Positions 56,403 through 64,000 of a stretch of 64,000 nucleotides of DNA are shown here, one piece after another. The stretch is from a virus. The translations under genes were made by a program, and so were the position numbers. Below the pieces are notes generated by a model. That model saw nothing but the letters and a program-made list of their open reading frames with translations. It did no database searches and was not told the origin of the DNA. The stretch covers positions 1 to 64,000 of the IMG/VR virus record IMGVR_UViG_3300032307_000705. One strand, 5' to 3'. Each line of letters starts with the position of its first letter. Within the stretch, counting starts at the first letter, position 1.

Positions 56403-58079
56403 ATGAAAGAAGAAATTTTCAAAGTTAGTTATGAGGCTTACACTACGATCGTATTCCACGACACCGTCCCGATTACCTTCCCACACTCAAGGAACAAATA
56501 TTTTTTCGAGGACGAAAATGAGGCGGATATTTGGGACCAATTACTTTATGCAAATGATAGAGTAAACTTATCGAAAAAATCTGATGTTTATTTAGAGGAT
56601 TTCGTTTCTAATGTTGAGGAGGACTTTGTGTTACACTACGGAAATCCTTTAGCCAGAGTACTCAAATCTTATTTGATGATTCTGGTCGAACGTGATGGAG
56701 ATAAGGTCTCTATGAAGGTCTTTAATGGGTTCAGGGAAAGAAGAGTTGGAAACAAGTGGTTCAAAGTTGCTCGGAGCGTGGACTATATTACCGTCAACAC
56801 CAAAACTGGTGATGTATACTCAGGATTTCTACACAATTATCAAAATAAGAAGAAGGTACGGAAAAAACTTAACAAAAACTTTTTTTTGAATGAACCAATA
56901 GCACAAGTAATGTATACCATTAGAGACAAAGGGTGGTCATACTCACACAATAGTTCCGAGATTGCTAATGACGCGGTATCAAAATTCATGTATGAGATTG
57001 ACGGTAGGGAAGAACCATACGAATTCAACTTCGAAAAGAGATTATTCAAGTTCTATTTGGATAAAAAAAGAATAAGATACCCGAACAATTTCCGTTTGTA
57101 TTCTTCTAAATTAGTTGGTCCAATCTTTAGAAAGATACTCAAAAAGAATGACAATCGATTGGTGGACGCGTTTATGATACATAATGGACTGACTGGAAAG
57201 AAATTAAAAAAATGTCTTCATAGTTGTAAATCACTTAACTTGGACTTGTACTTGATAGCAAGAAAATTATTCGGTGATGATTGGATTAATCAGGATGATG
57301 ATTTTATTTTACAAACTTTGAATTCTGAATTCAACATCAAAGATAGGGATATTCCCGCTGAGTTTGTAAATGTAATTGGTAAAGATGAACTACGTAGGGT
57401 ATTCAATCTATTCAAGAAAGTATATTTTGAGGAAATGCTAGACACCTATACATTCATCGACCACATTGAAATTTACACCCAATTAAAAATGTATGGTGAA
57501 ACTGATTTGAGGTGGATGAGTAATGATGTGGATGTCTTTAGAAATGAACATTTGGATTGGTCGGATAAATTAACATTCTATAAAAATGGCCACTATGAAA
57601 GGATTTATCCCATCTATTCTTACGAACATTTGGAACAACCATTGGGAGAGTATTACCCTGTATTATTGGATGATTCAACATCATATAATCAAGAAAGTTC
57701 AATTCAATCAAACTGTGTAAAAACTTATATTGGTAAGTCGTCAAATATAATATTATCTTTGAGAAAGGGTTCAAGATATTCTGAGGAAAGGGCGACTATT
57801 GAATATCAGTTATATCGAGAAGATGATAAGGTCAAATGTCGTAGAGTACAAAGTTTGGGGAAATACAATGGGAAATTATCAGATGAATGGACACACTGGC
57901 TATTGAAATTGGATTTGAAAATGTTATATTACGTAAACGATGACAGATTTGAACCTGTAAAAATAACCAAAAAGTGTTACAATGGGGCTTTCTTTGAATC
58001 TGGTTCATATTGGGATGAGGATGGTTTCTTGAAATGGACACATAAAACAATCGAGGGACCTCGTACATTAGACTTTTAA
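56403..58079 (+). CDS. PcfJ-like domain protein
   Basis: C-terminal ES..Q.NCV.TY, SLR, RATIE, VQ..GK.N. Confidence 0.65.
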   Translation: MKEEIFKVSYEAYTTIVFHDTVPITFPHSRNKYFFEDENEADIWDQLLYANDRVNLSKKSDVYLEDFVSNVEEDFVLHYGNPLARVLKSYLMILVERDGDKVSMKVFNGFRERRVGNKWFKVARSVDYITVNTKTGDVYSGFLHNYQNKKKVRKKLNKNFFLNEPIAQVMYTIRDKGWSYSHNSSEIANDAVSKFMYEIDGREEPYEFNFEKRLFKFYLDKKRIRYPNNFRLYSSKLVGPIFRKILKKNDNRLVDAFMIHNGLTGKKLKKCLHSCKSLNLDLYLIARKLFGDDWINQDDDFILQTLNSEFNIKDRDIPAEFVNVIGKDELRRVFNLFKKVYFEEMLDTYTFIDHIEIYTQLKMYGETDLRWMSNDVDVFRNEHLDWSDKLTFYKNGHYERIYPIYSYEHLEQPLGEYYPVLLDDSTSYNQESSIQSNCVKTYIGKSSNIILSLRKGSRYSEERATIEYQLYREDDKVKCRRVQSLGKYNGKLSDEWTHWLLKLDLKMLYYVNDDRFEPVKITKKCYNGAFFESGSYWDEDGFLKWTHKTIEGPRTLDF

Positions 58080-58084
58080 TTACT

Positions 58085-58423
58085 ATGATAAAAAAACCAA
58101 AATTTATAAAGAATAATGAAAAATCTTTAGGAGTTTTTTCCAGTTTAAGATTGGATTTTCCTGGTCATTCTATTTATAAATTCATCGATAATAGAAGTTT
58201 AGAAGTCGTTTGGAGTGAGGCATTCACAGGTATTATTAATGTAAAAACTGAATTCAATAAAAAAATTTATAAAACAAAACAGGGATTTTATTTATATTTA
58301 TTGTTAGGTGAAGTTGAATCGAATTTGATTGTCTATTACAATCAGAGCCAATACAGTGAACTAACAATTTTTATACAACAACTATTAAAACAATTTAACA
58401 ATGACAAAACAACTAACAAGTGA
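58085..58423 (+). CDS. hypothetical protein
   Basis: 112-aa ORF. Confidence 0.5.
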   Translation: MIKKPKFIKNNEKSLGVFSSLRLDFPGHSIYKFIDNRSLEVVWSEAFTGIINVKTEFNKKIYKTKQGFYLYLLLGEVESNLIVYYNQSQYSELTIFIQQLLKQFNNDKTTNK

Positions 58424-58718
58424 AGAACTAAAACAAAAAATTAACAACAAGGAAAACTTCGTCCTTGACCTATTTGCAACTTGGTGTGGACCGTGCAAAA
58501 TAATGTTGGGGAACCTTGAAAAAGTTAATGAATCTTTAATTCAAAAAGGAACACCAAAATACAGTGTTTATAAATTTGACATTGAACAAGATATGGACCT
58601 TATGAAAGAGTGGAACGTTAGAGGAGTTCCGACGATTAAAATATTCGAGAATGGTGAGGAAACTTTCTCAAGACCAGGTGTGATGTCACCAGATCAACTT
58701 CTTAAATTATTAGATTAA
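58401..58718 (+). CDS. trxA: thioredoxin
   Basis: FATWCGPCK, VRGVPT. Confidence 0.9.
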   Translation: MTKQLTSEELKQKINNKENFVLDLFATWCGPCKIMLGNLEKVNESLIQKGTPKYSVYKFDIEQDMDLMKEWNVRGVPTIKIFENGEETFSRPGVMSPDQLLKLLD

Positions 58719-58723
58719 AGGTT

Positions 58724-59023
58724 ATGAAGGATCTGAATGTAATTGTCTATACTATGAAAGGATGTCCTTTTTGTGTCGACTTCAAAAAAATGTTGAAGGA
58801 AGAAGGAGTTGAATTTTTTGATAGAGATATCGATGAGTATAAAGATGAGTACGACATTTTCAGTGAAATAACTGACAATGACATGATTCCAGCATTATTG
58901 ATTATTGAAGGTAGTGGGAAGGATTATAAATCCTTCCTATACACACCTGAAAAAAATTATAACGAGTTAACCGAGGCACTTCAAATAATCAATGAACATC
59001 GAAAGAATGTTGGGATTATTTAG
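58724..59023 (+). CDS. glutaredoxin-like protein
   Basis: YTMKGCPFC, cis-Pro IPA. Confidence 0.8.
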   Translation: MKDLNVIVYTMKGCPFCVDFKKMLKEEGVEFFDRDIDEYKDEYDIFSEITDNDMIPALLIIEGSGKDYKSFLYTPEKNYNELTEALQIINEHRKNVGII

Positions 59024-59766
59024 AAAATAATAAAGTCCTTATTTTTCTTTTTAATAAAAGAATATTCCTCAAGTGGATTTGTGAGTTCAATACTCCAATC
59101 CACTTTTTTCATTTCAGATGATAACCAAGACATATCAAAATCGAACACATCTAAGATTGCCGATTTCAAAGTTTCATCTTCAGAGTTTTTGTCTACATTA
59201 AAGATTGATATGATATTATCATTATCATCATCTTTATCCAAAGACAGATTAAAAATAATGGATGAATCTGTGTAGTTAGTTGGGATACTATAAAAAATAT
59301 GTTTTCCGTAAAGATAGATAAGTCTTCCTTGACTCAATGAATAACCATGAGGAAATTCGGATGTAACAATTAATTCATCATCAGATACTTCTGATGGATA
59401 ACAACTGAAATCAAATGATGACTCACTTGATAAGAATTTTTCTATTTGGGTTTTATGATAAGAACAGTTTTCTGACTTATGTAAGATGAACTCCAAATTT
59501 TTTACTTTGGATAACTTACAATCATATTCAATTAAATCTATTGTATGGGAGATTGGTGTCTCAGGTTCGTATTTTTCGTTAAACTCTTTTGTTATTGAAC
59601 TGATATCCAAAATTTCTTTATGGGAGGTCTTACCTTTTATAATAATGAAATTTTTACAATCTACGACAGAGAAAATTGATTCTTCTGTGTTTGGGATTTT
59701 GGTTAGTAGATAGTCTGAAAATAAATTTATTGTATAAACCCTGCTGTTAGTCTTCTTTAATATCAT
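59020..59766 (-). CDS. hypothetical protein (weak resemblance to the MetK N-terminal domain)
   Basis: INLFSDYLL..V.D..NFIII.G.T; catalytic GHPDK absent. Confidence 0.5.
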   Translation of the reverse strand: MILKKTNSRVYTINLFSDYLLTKIPNTEESIFSVVDCKNFIIIKGKTSHKEILDISSITKEFNEKYEPETPISHTIDLIEYDCKLSKVKNLEFILHKSENCSYHKTQIEKFLSSESSFDFSCYPSEVSDDELIVTSEFPHGYSLSQGRLIYLYGKHIFYSIPTNYTDSSIIFNLSLDKDDDNDNIISIFNVDKNSEDETLKSAILDVFDFDMSWLSSEMKKVDWSIELTNPLEEYSFIKKKNKDFIIF

Positions 59767-59823
59767 TTAATTAACTGATTTGTTGAATGATAATAAATTG
59801 TACTTACAAAAAGAATAGAATAA

Positions 59824-60819
59824 CTAGATGTAATCTGTGAAAATTTCATTGATATTATTTTTAACTTCACTAAAGTCAGGATAGTCTGGATAGTATGCTG
59901 TTAAACAATCTTGTTCATCTTGAACCATTGGTATGTAATCACCCCAATATTCTAATAATCCACGAGATCCTTGATTTTTGTTTGAAATTAAATAGTCCAA
60001 AATTATTTCGTCAAAGTTTGATGCAACAGGAACTCTGAAACGTTGTGTCATGGTATCTTTTTTGAAACGGTGAGGTTTCGAATAATATTCACCATTACCA
60101 TTTATATATTCTTGTAATTCACTGAAAATTTTTCCGTAAAGTTCACTCTCATATGCTTGGCTGTAAGCACTATTGTGAATGGACTTTAGTTGGTCATCTA
60201 AGTCTTCAAGATAAGTATTCAAAAGGTAATTCATTGACTCTTCATCGTCTATGATAGTCTGTGCTGTTGTAGGATTATCAACTGTCACGTATTCTGGATG
60301 ACCTTGTTCTTTAGCAATATCTTGTAGTTCAATAGTTTCAGTTTCTATTTTTTGACCTTTTAGATTTTCGACTACATATTCTCTAAGGTGTTTCATATTT
60401 TTTGGGGATAGTTCTTCAATAACATCACTATAAACATTACCAGTTGTGTCGTAATCGAAGAAGTTATCGTATTCACCTGAAAGAATTTCCTTAATACTAT
60501 CCATTGAAAGACCATTTCGGGAACGGTCACAGAAAAAATTTGATAATTCAGACCTATCATCCAAATCCAAATAAATTGTACCGTTTTCGTCCATATCAAC
60601 ATCGGACAATTTATCTATGACAAATTCATGAAATCGTTTACGGTCTCGTCCATGAAGCCAAATTAACAATGAATTCTGTACTTCCGTGTTTTCAATATCG
60701 ATTTGAGAAATCAATCCTCTCTTATCCAATACGGTAAAAAATGTGTTCCAGTCACCGAAAAAAAGTTCAGCGTCAAACTCACCATCATTGAAGTCGTCAA
60801 TTATTTTTTGAAAATCCAT
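59824..60819 (-). CDS. acidic hypothetical protein
   Basis: ATG at 60819 (MDFQ) lies 3 nt after a minus-strand TATTTATT (60823-60830). Confidence 0.65.
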   Translation of the reverse strand: MDFQKIIDDFNDGEFDAELFFGDWNTFFTVLDKRGLISQIDIENTEVQNSLLIWLHGRDRKRFHEFVIDKLSDVDMDENGTIYLDLDDRSELSNFFCDRSRNGLSMDSIKEILSGEYDNFFDYDTTGNVYSDVIEELSPKNMKHLREYVVENLKGQKIETETIELQDIAKEQGHPEYVTVDNPTTAQTIIDDEESMNYLLNTYLEDLDDQLKSIHNSAYSQAYESELYGKIFSELQEYINGNGEYYSKPHRFKKDTMTQRFRVPVASNFDEIILDYLISNKNQGSRGLLEYWGDYIPMVQDEQDCLTAYYPDYPDFSEVKNNINEIFTDYI

Positions 60820-60831
60820 ATTAATAAATAC

Positions 60832-60856
60832 AAAAAAGGGACAAAAAATTGTCCCT
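60832..60856 (-). terminator. intrinsic terminator on the minus strand
   Basis: AGGGACAA-AAAA-TTGTCCCT inverted repeat with an A6 run (U tract on minus) downstream of the MGCGCK ORF. Confidence 0.7.
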
Positions 60857-60880
60857 CTCATAAATCCCTTACACTAAAAC

Positions 60881-61036
60881 TTAGTTAGAAGTTTTATTTA
60901 CGTTGTAATACTTCTCCACAGTTTTTTTGATAGCCGCCTTAACACTCTCATTTTGTTGTTCTTTTACTAATTGAGTTGTTGTTGGTTGTTGAGCCTGAGG
61001 CTGAGGTTGATTATTGTTTTTGCATCCGCATCCCAT
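60881..61036 (-). CDS. 51-aa micro-protein starting MGCGCK
   Basis: Translated by hand: MGCGCKNNNQPQPQAQQPTTTQLVKEQQNESVKAAIKKTVEKYYNVNKTSN; own TATTTATA motif (61065-61072, minus) and terminator. Confidence 0.65.
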   Translation of the reverse strand: MGCGCKNNNQPQPQAQQPTTTQLVKEQQNESVKAAIKKTVEKYYNVNKTSN

Positions 61037-61102
61037 AGTGATGATAATTTAATTTGTTTATGTCTATAAATAGTTCCTTACTTTAATTATATTGCATAAA
61101 GA

Positions 61103-61110
61103 TATTTATT
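61103..61110 (+). promoter_or_regulatory. putative late promoter TATTTATT
   Basis: Recurrent motif before 61123. Confidence 0.5.
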
Positions 61111-61122
61111 AAATAAAAACTG

Positions 61123-61968
61123 ATGAATTTTTTAGAACAAAATGAATCCGCTGAAGATAGAACCAAATTATACATGGAAAATAATCCCTCACTAAAAACA
61201 AGAGCTAAACTTCTTTTGAGTTGGTTGAAAGATGTTGGGGATTTAGGTGAGGACGCTACATTGGAAGATATCATCTTCGTTGGAGATTACTACGATTTAG
61301 ATAGATTCAGTGTTGAAGGTTCTGAATATGCGGTAGGTAGTGAATATGACACACATGCATCTGCTGAACAATATATCAAAGATATGATAGATTCCGAAGG
61401 GGTATCGGTATTTAATCAAGATTTCCTAAAAAGTCACTTGGACATCAAAAGAGTCATGGAATACGCCCAAGATTATTATACTGAAGATGTTTATGATTAC
61501 GCTGAAGGGTATTTCGATGATACAGATAGGATGTTGTCATCTAAACAACAAGAACAAGTTGAAATTTTAACAAACAAACAAAAAAGATTAGAAAATGGAG
61601 TAAAACAATTTCAAAATTTTATGGAGAAAGGGAATGAAGATTTTTATTCATCCAAAATATCTGAGTTTGAAGAATTAATTGATGATTATGTTTTAGAAAT
61701 TTTGGAAATAAGATCTGATCCGCAAGGAGAATTCCCTGATGAATTAATTGATGATATGATTGAAACCAAATTACGTGAGGTTAAAGCCGACCCTTGGGAG
61801 TTTATAGGGAGTTTAGATTTAGACTATGAACCATTTATAGATGTTGATAGTCTAATAGAAGAAGCGATAGACACGGACGGTTACGGACATTTCCTTGCGA
61901 CCTACGATGGAGAAGCTCACGAGGTTTATGATGACAGAGACTTATTTTATATAATGAGAATTGATTAA
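61123..61968 (+). CDS. acidic hypothetical protein
   Basis: C-terminal DG.GHFLA.YDG.E motif. Confidence 0.65.
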   Translation: MNFLEQNESAEDRTKLYMENNPSLKTRAKLLLSWLKDVGDLGEDATLEDIIFVGDYYDLDRFSVEGSEYAVGSEYDTHASAEQYIKDMIDSEGVSVFNQDFLKSHLDIKRVMEYAQDYYTEDVYDYAEGYFDDTDRMLSSKQQEQVEILTNKQKRLENGVKQFQNFMEKGNEDFYSSKISEFEELIDDYVLEILEIRSDPQGEFPDELIDDMIETKLREVKADPWEFIGSLDLDYEPFIDVDSLIEEAIDTDGYGHFLATYDGEAHEVYDDRDLFYIMRID

Positions 61969-61994
61969 TAGTTAATAACTATTATAATTTCCCT

Positions 61995-62774
61995 ATGGGT
62001 AGAAAGAAAAAAATATCATTCAAACTAAATCCCGAATGGATGTTCAAAGAGCCATTGGATTTCGAGTACAACAAATATACCTTGTTGGACTATCTTCAGA
62101 AATGTGACCAAAGTTTTGACAAGTTTGAGTTATACCCAAATTTTGTAGAATTATCATTACATTTAGCAAATGTTCAATCAATCTCAAAGGAGAATACACT
62201 TTTATTAACCAACAAGAAATTCGAATCTCCTGATGATGAAATACTTGTTAAAGAATTAACTCCAAAGAAACCAAGACAGTTAACCGAACAAGAAGAAAAT
62301 GAATTAGACAAAACTCTGAGGTTTTCGGGGCCAAAACTATTTGACGCCTTCAACATTGCCAAATCAATATGGAACATCGCATTCGAATCTATTGATTTGT
62401 ATTTACGAAAAAACAAAAACAATTTAGTATCAAGTTTAGGATATATTTTTTTCTATCGAAAATCCGAAGAAAAGATGTATGTGTGGGAGTATGAAATTAA
62501 GTCTGACAAAAAGGATAAATCCACAAACAGAACACATTTGAGTTTGATATCTGAGGGTGGAATTGATGAACGGACACTTACTGAAATTATTGATTCAAAT
62601 TCAAAATGGAATCAAACCGAATTTTACAAATCCTTACCAATATTCGAAATCAAATGTTCGCAGAATTTTCCATTCGAGGAAACGATGGTACCCATCATCA
62701 AAAGAAAAGTTATGTCTTACATTTTTCAAGTTGTTAATTTCGAAAAAATTAATAACTTTGACTCTCAGAACTAA
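61995..62774 (+). CDS. hypothetical protein
   Basis: W....P.DFEY.KY.LL.YLQ, LYP, P..ET..P..KR. Confidence 0.65.
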   Translation: MGRKKKISFKLNPEWMFKEPLDFEYNKYTLLDYLQKCDQSFDKFELYPNFVELSLHLANVQSISKENTLLLTNKKFESPDDEILVKELTPKKPRQLTEQEENELDKTLRFSGPKLFDAFNIAKSIWNIAFESIDLYLRKNKNNLVSSLGYIFFYRKSEEKMYVWEYEIKSDKKDKSTNRTHLSLISEGGIDERTLTEIIDSNSKWNQTEFYKSLPIFEIKCSQNFPFEETMVPIIKRKVMSYIFQVVNFEKINNFDSQN

Positions 62775-62792
62775 CTTTATTATATTTTCAAA

Positions 62793-62975
62793 ATGAGCGT
62801 TAACAAGAGATGGGTAAAACTTGACCAGTGTGTCTCTGCCCTAAAAGAAGGAAGATTGAAAGAATACTACGGAAAAAGTGATATGTTGTATTTTGAGAAT
62901 GATACTTGTTCTCTTATTTTTAACTTGTATGTGGAGGGAAAAACTGATAAAGAAATATTGAATCTAATTAAATAA
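62793..62975 (+). CDS. small hypothetical protein
   Basis: 60-aa ORF in operon spacing. Confidence 0.5.
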   Translation: MSVNKRWVKLDQCVSALKEGRLKEYYGKSDMLYFENDTCSLIFNLYVEGKTDKEILNLIK

Positions 62976-62977
62976 AA

Positions 62978-63199
62978 ATGAAAGTTATGAATAAAAATCT
63001 AATCAAAATGTTAAAGACCTCAGCGGAGGCAGATAAAGCAAAAGCACTATTAACTTTAGACTTGTTGGGTAATACTGGTGTAGGTATTGGTGACCACTCA
63101 ACAAAAGACTTTTATGAGAATGCTGAAGAAGCTCTCCGTATGTTGGCAGATGCTGATGAACGACTTGAAACTATTGAACAATATTTTGGAAAAAATTAA
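62978..63199 (+). CDS. small hypothetical protein (GIGDH motif)
   Basis: VGIGDHS motif, common in small phage proteins. Confidence 0.6.
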   Translation: MKVMNKNLIKMLKTSAEADKAKALLTLDLLGNTGVGIGDHSTKDFYENAEEALRMLADADERLETIEQYFGKN

Positions 63200-63315
63200 A
63201 AAAGGACTTAAAAAGATAGAATGGTTCATTGATATCTATTTTGTTTGGATGTTGTATAGTCCAAGAAAATATGATAGATACAATGAATACATCGGAAAAA
63301 AGTGGGGTAAAAACA

Positions 63316-63540
63316 ATGAGTAAAGAAATGGTAAATCATCCTAACCATTATGGTGGTGAAGACAATACGTACGAGGTTATTAAAGTATGTGAGGCTTGGG
63401 AACTTGATAAAGATGCTTACCTATTCAACGTGGTTAAATACGTTGCAAGGGCGGGTAAAAAAGACCAAACCAAAGAACTTGAAGACCTGAAGAAAGCAGC
63501 ATTTTATTTGGACAGAAAAATCAAAAATTTAGAAAAATGA
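63316..63540 (+). CDS. DUF3310/SaV-like protein
   Basis: VNHPNHY, EVI, N.VKY..RAGKK, EDLKKA.FYL. Confidence 0.8.
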   Translation: MSKEMVNHPNHYGGEDNTYEVIKVCEAWELDKDAYLFNVVKYVARAGKKDQTKELEDLKKAAFYLDRKIKNLEK

Positions 63541-63980
63541 TAATTTGGTTAACAGGACAACCTGGTTCGGGTAAGACAACTCTATGTAAACAAATGATGT
63601 TAAACATGGGTTCGGATGTATTTCATATTGATGGTGATGATTTGAGGGATTTATTTGATAATAAGGATTACTCTGAAGTTGGACGTAGAAAAAATATTGA
63701 ACTTGCACAACAAATCTCAGAATATCTTCATAATAAAGGTAAACACGTATTTGTTTCTTTGGTATCTCCATATAAAGACCAAAGAGATAAGTTCAAATTA
63801 AAGATGGAAGATAATCTTTTCGAAGTTTATCTTTATACAAGTGAGATTAGAGGAAGGGAAGATTACTTCGTAAATGAATATGAACCACCAACTGAAAAGT
63901 ATCTCAGATTAGACACAACAAACGATAGTGTTGAAGAATCAGTAAAAAAAGTTTTAGAGTATGCAAAAAATTCACGTTGA
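63537..63980 (+). CDS. cysC: adenylyl-sulfate (APS) kinase
   Basis: IWLTG.PGSGKTT, IDGD.LR, DYS..GR..NI, VSPY...R, YEPP. Confidence 0.85.
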   Translation: MIIWLTGQPGSGKTTLCKQMMLNMGSDVFHIDGDDLRDLFDNKDYSEVGRRKNIELAQQISEYLHNKGKHVFVSLVSPYKDQRDKFKLKMEDNLFEVYLYTSEIRGREDYFVNEYEPPTEKYLRLDTTNDSVEESVKKVLEYAKNSR

Positions 63981-64000
63981 GGGAGACCCAAAGTTAAAAA

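Noticed and set aside
63087-63323. 78-aa ORF overlapping 62978 and the DUF3310 gene
   Set aside because: Its 3' half may be a real small gene filling the gap, but no reliable start could be assigned.
1-64000. Stop-codon reassignment as in some Bacteroidota phages
   Set aside because: Code-11 ORFs tile the window densely, and TAG and TGA end recognisable full-length genes.
1-64000. Eukaryotic giant virus origin (SET, LRR, mucin-like, alveolin-like genes)
   Set aside because: Sigma-70 factor, Bacteroidota promoters, overlapping operons, amidase and tail-collar motifs all indicate a bacteriophage.
1-64000. tRNA, rRNA or structured ncRNA genes
   Set aside because: Intergenic gaps are short and AT-rich, and no cloverleaf or T-loop signatures were seen by eye; tRNAscan-SE/Infernal would be needed to exclude them fully.

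Overview
AT-rich, gene-dense, almost all plus-strand 64 kb segment. It is best read as a large (jumbo/huge) tailed phage infecting Bacteroidota. Support: a Bacteroidota-type RpoD-like sigma factor, TAnnTTTG host-type promoters, an Hc1 histone-like protein, SprB and delta-60 repeats, plus phage primase, RuvC-like resolvase, Mre11/Rad50-like pair, Dam, DUF932, PcfJ and DUF3310. Layout: (1) 1-8.9 kb: GDP-sugar and carbamoylation genes. (2) 8.9-15.5 kb: an unusual cassette built around a circularly permuted ATP-grasp-like domain fused to three tandem Hint domains with complementary catalytic ends. It is flanked by six tailoring enzymes (2 x 2OG-Fe(II), SET, radical SAM, sulfotransferase, SGNH) that all end in a similar x-[LVS]-[IV]-COOH tail, and the Hint2-Hint3 linker FRPVLI ends the same way. 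(3) 15.5-21 kb: minus-strand FkbM, a four-domain glycosyltransferase with a TibC/Aah-like protein O-heptosyltransferase domain, and a GT9. (4) 21-31.5 kb: Cys-rich, Thr-Pro mucin-like modular proteins and a tail-collar-like protein. (5) 31.5-64 kb: replication, repair, transcription, lysis, putative head-internal proteins, chaperone/redox genes and APS kinase. A recurrent TATTTAT[AT] motif marks putative late promoters. No tRNA, rRNA or CRISPR array was seen. All family calls come from motif recognition by eye, not from database searches.
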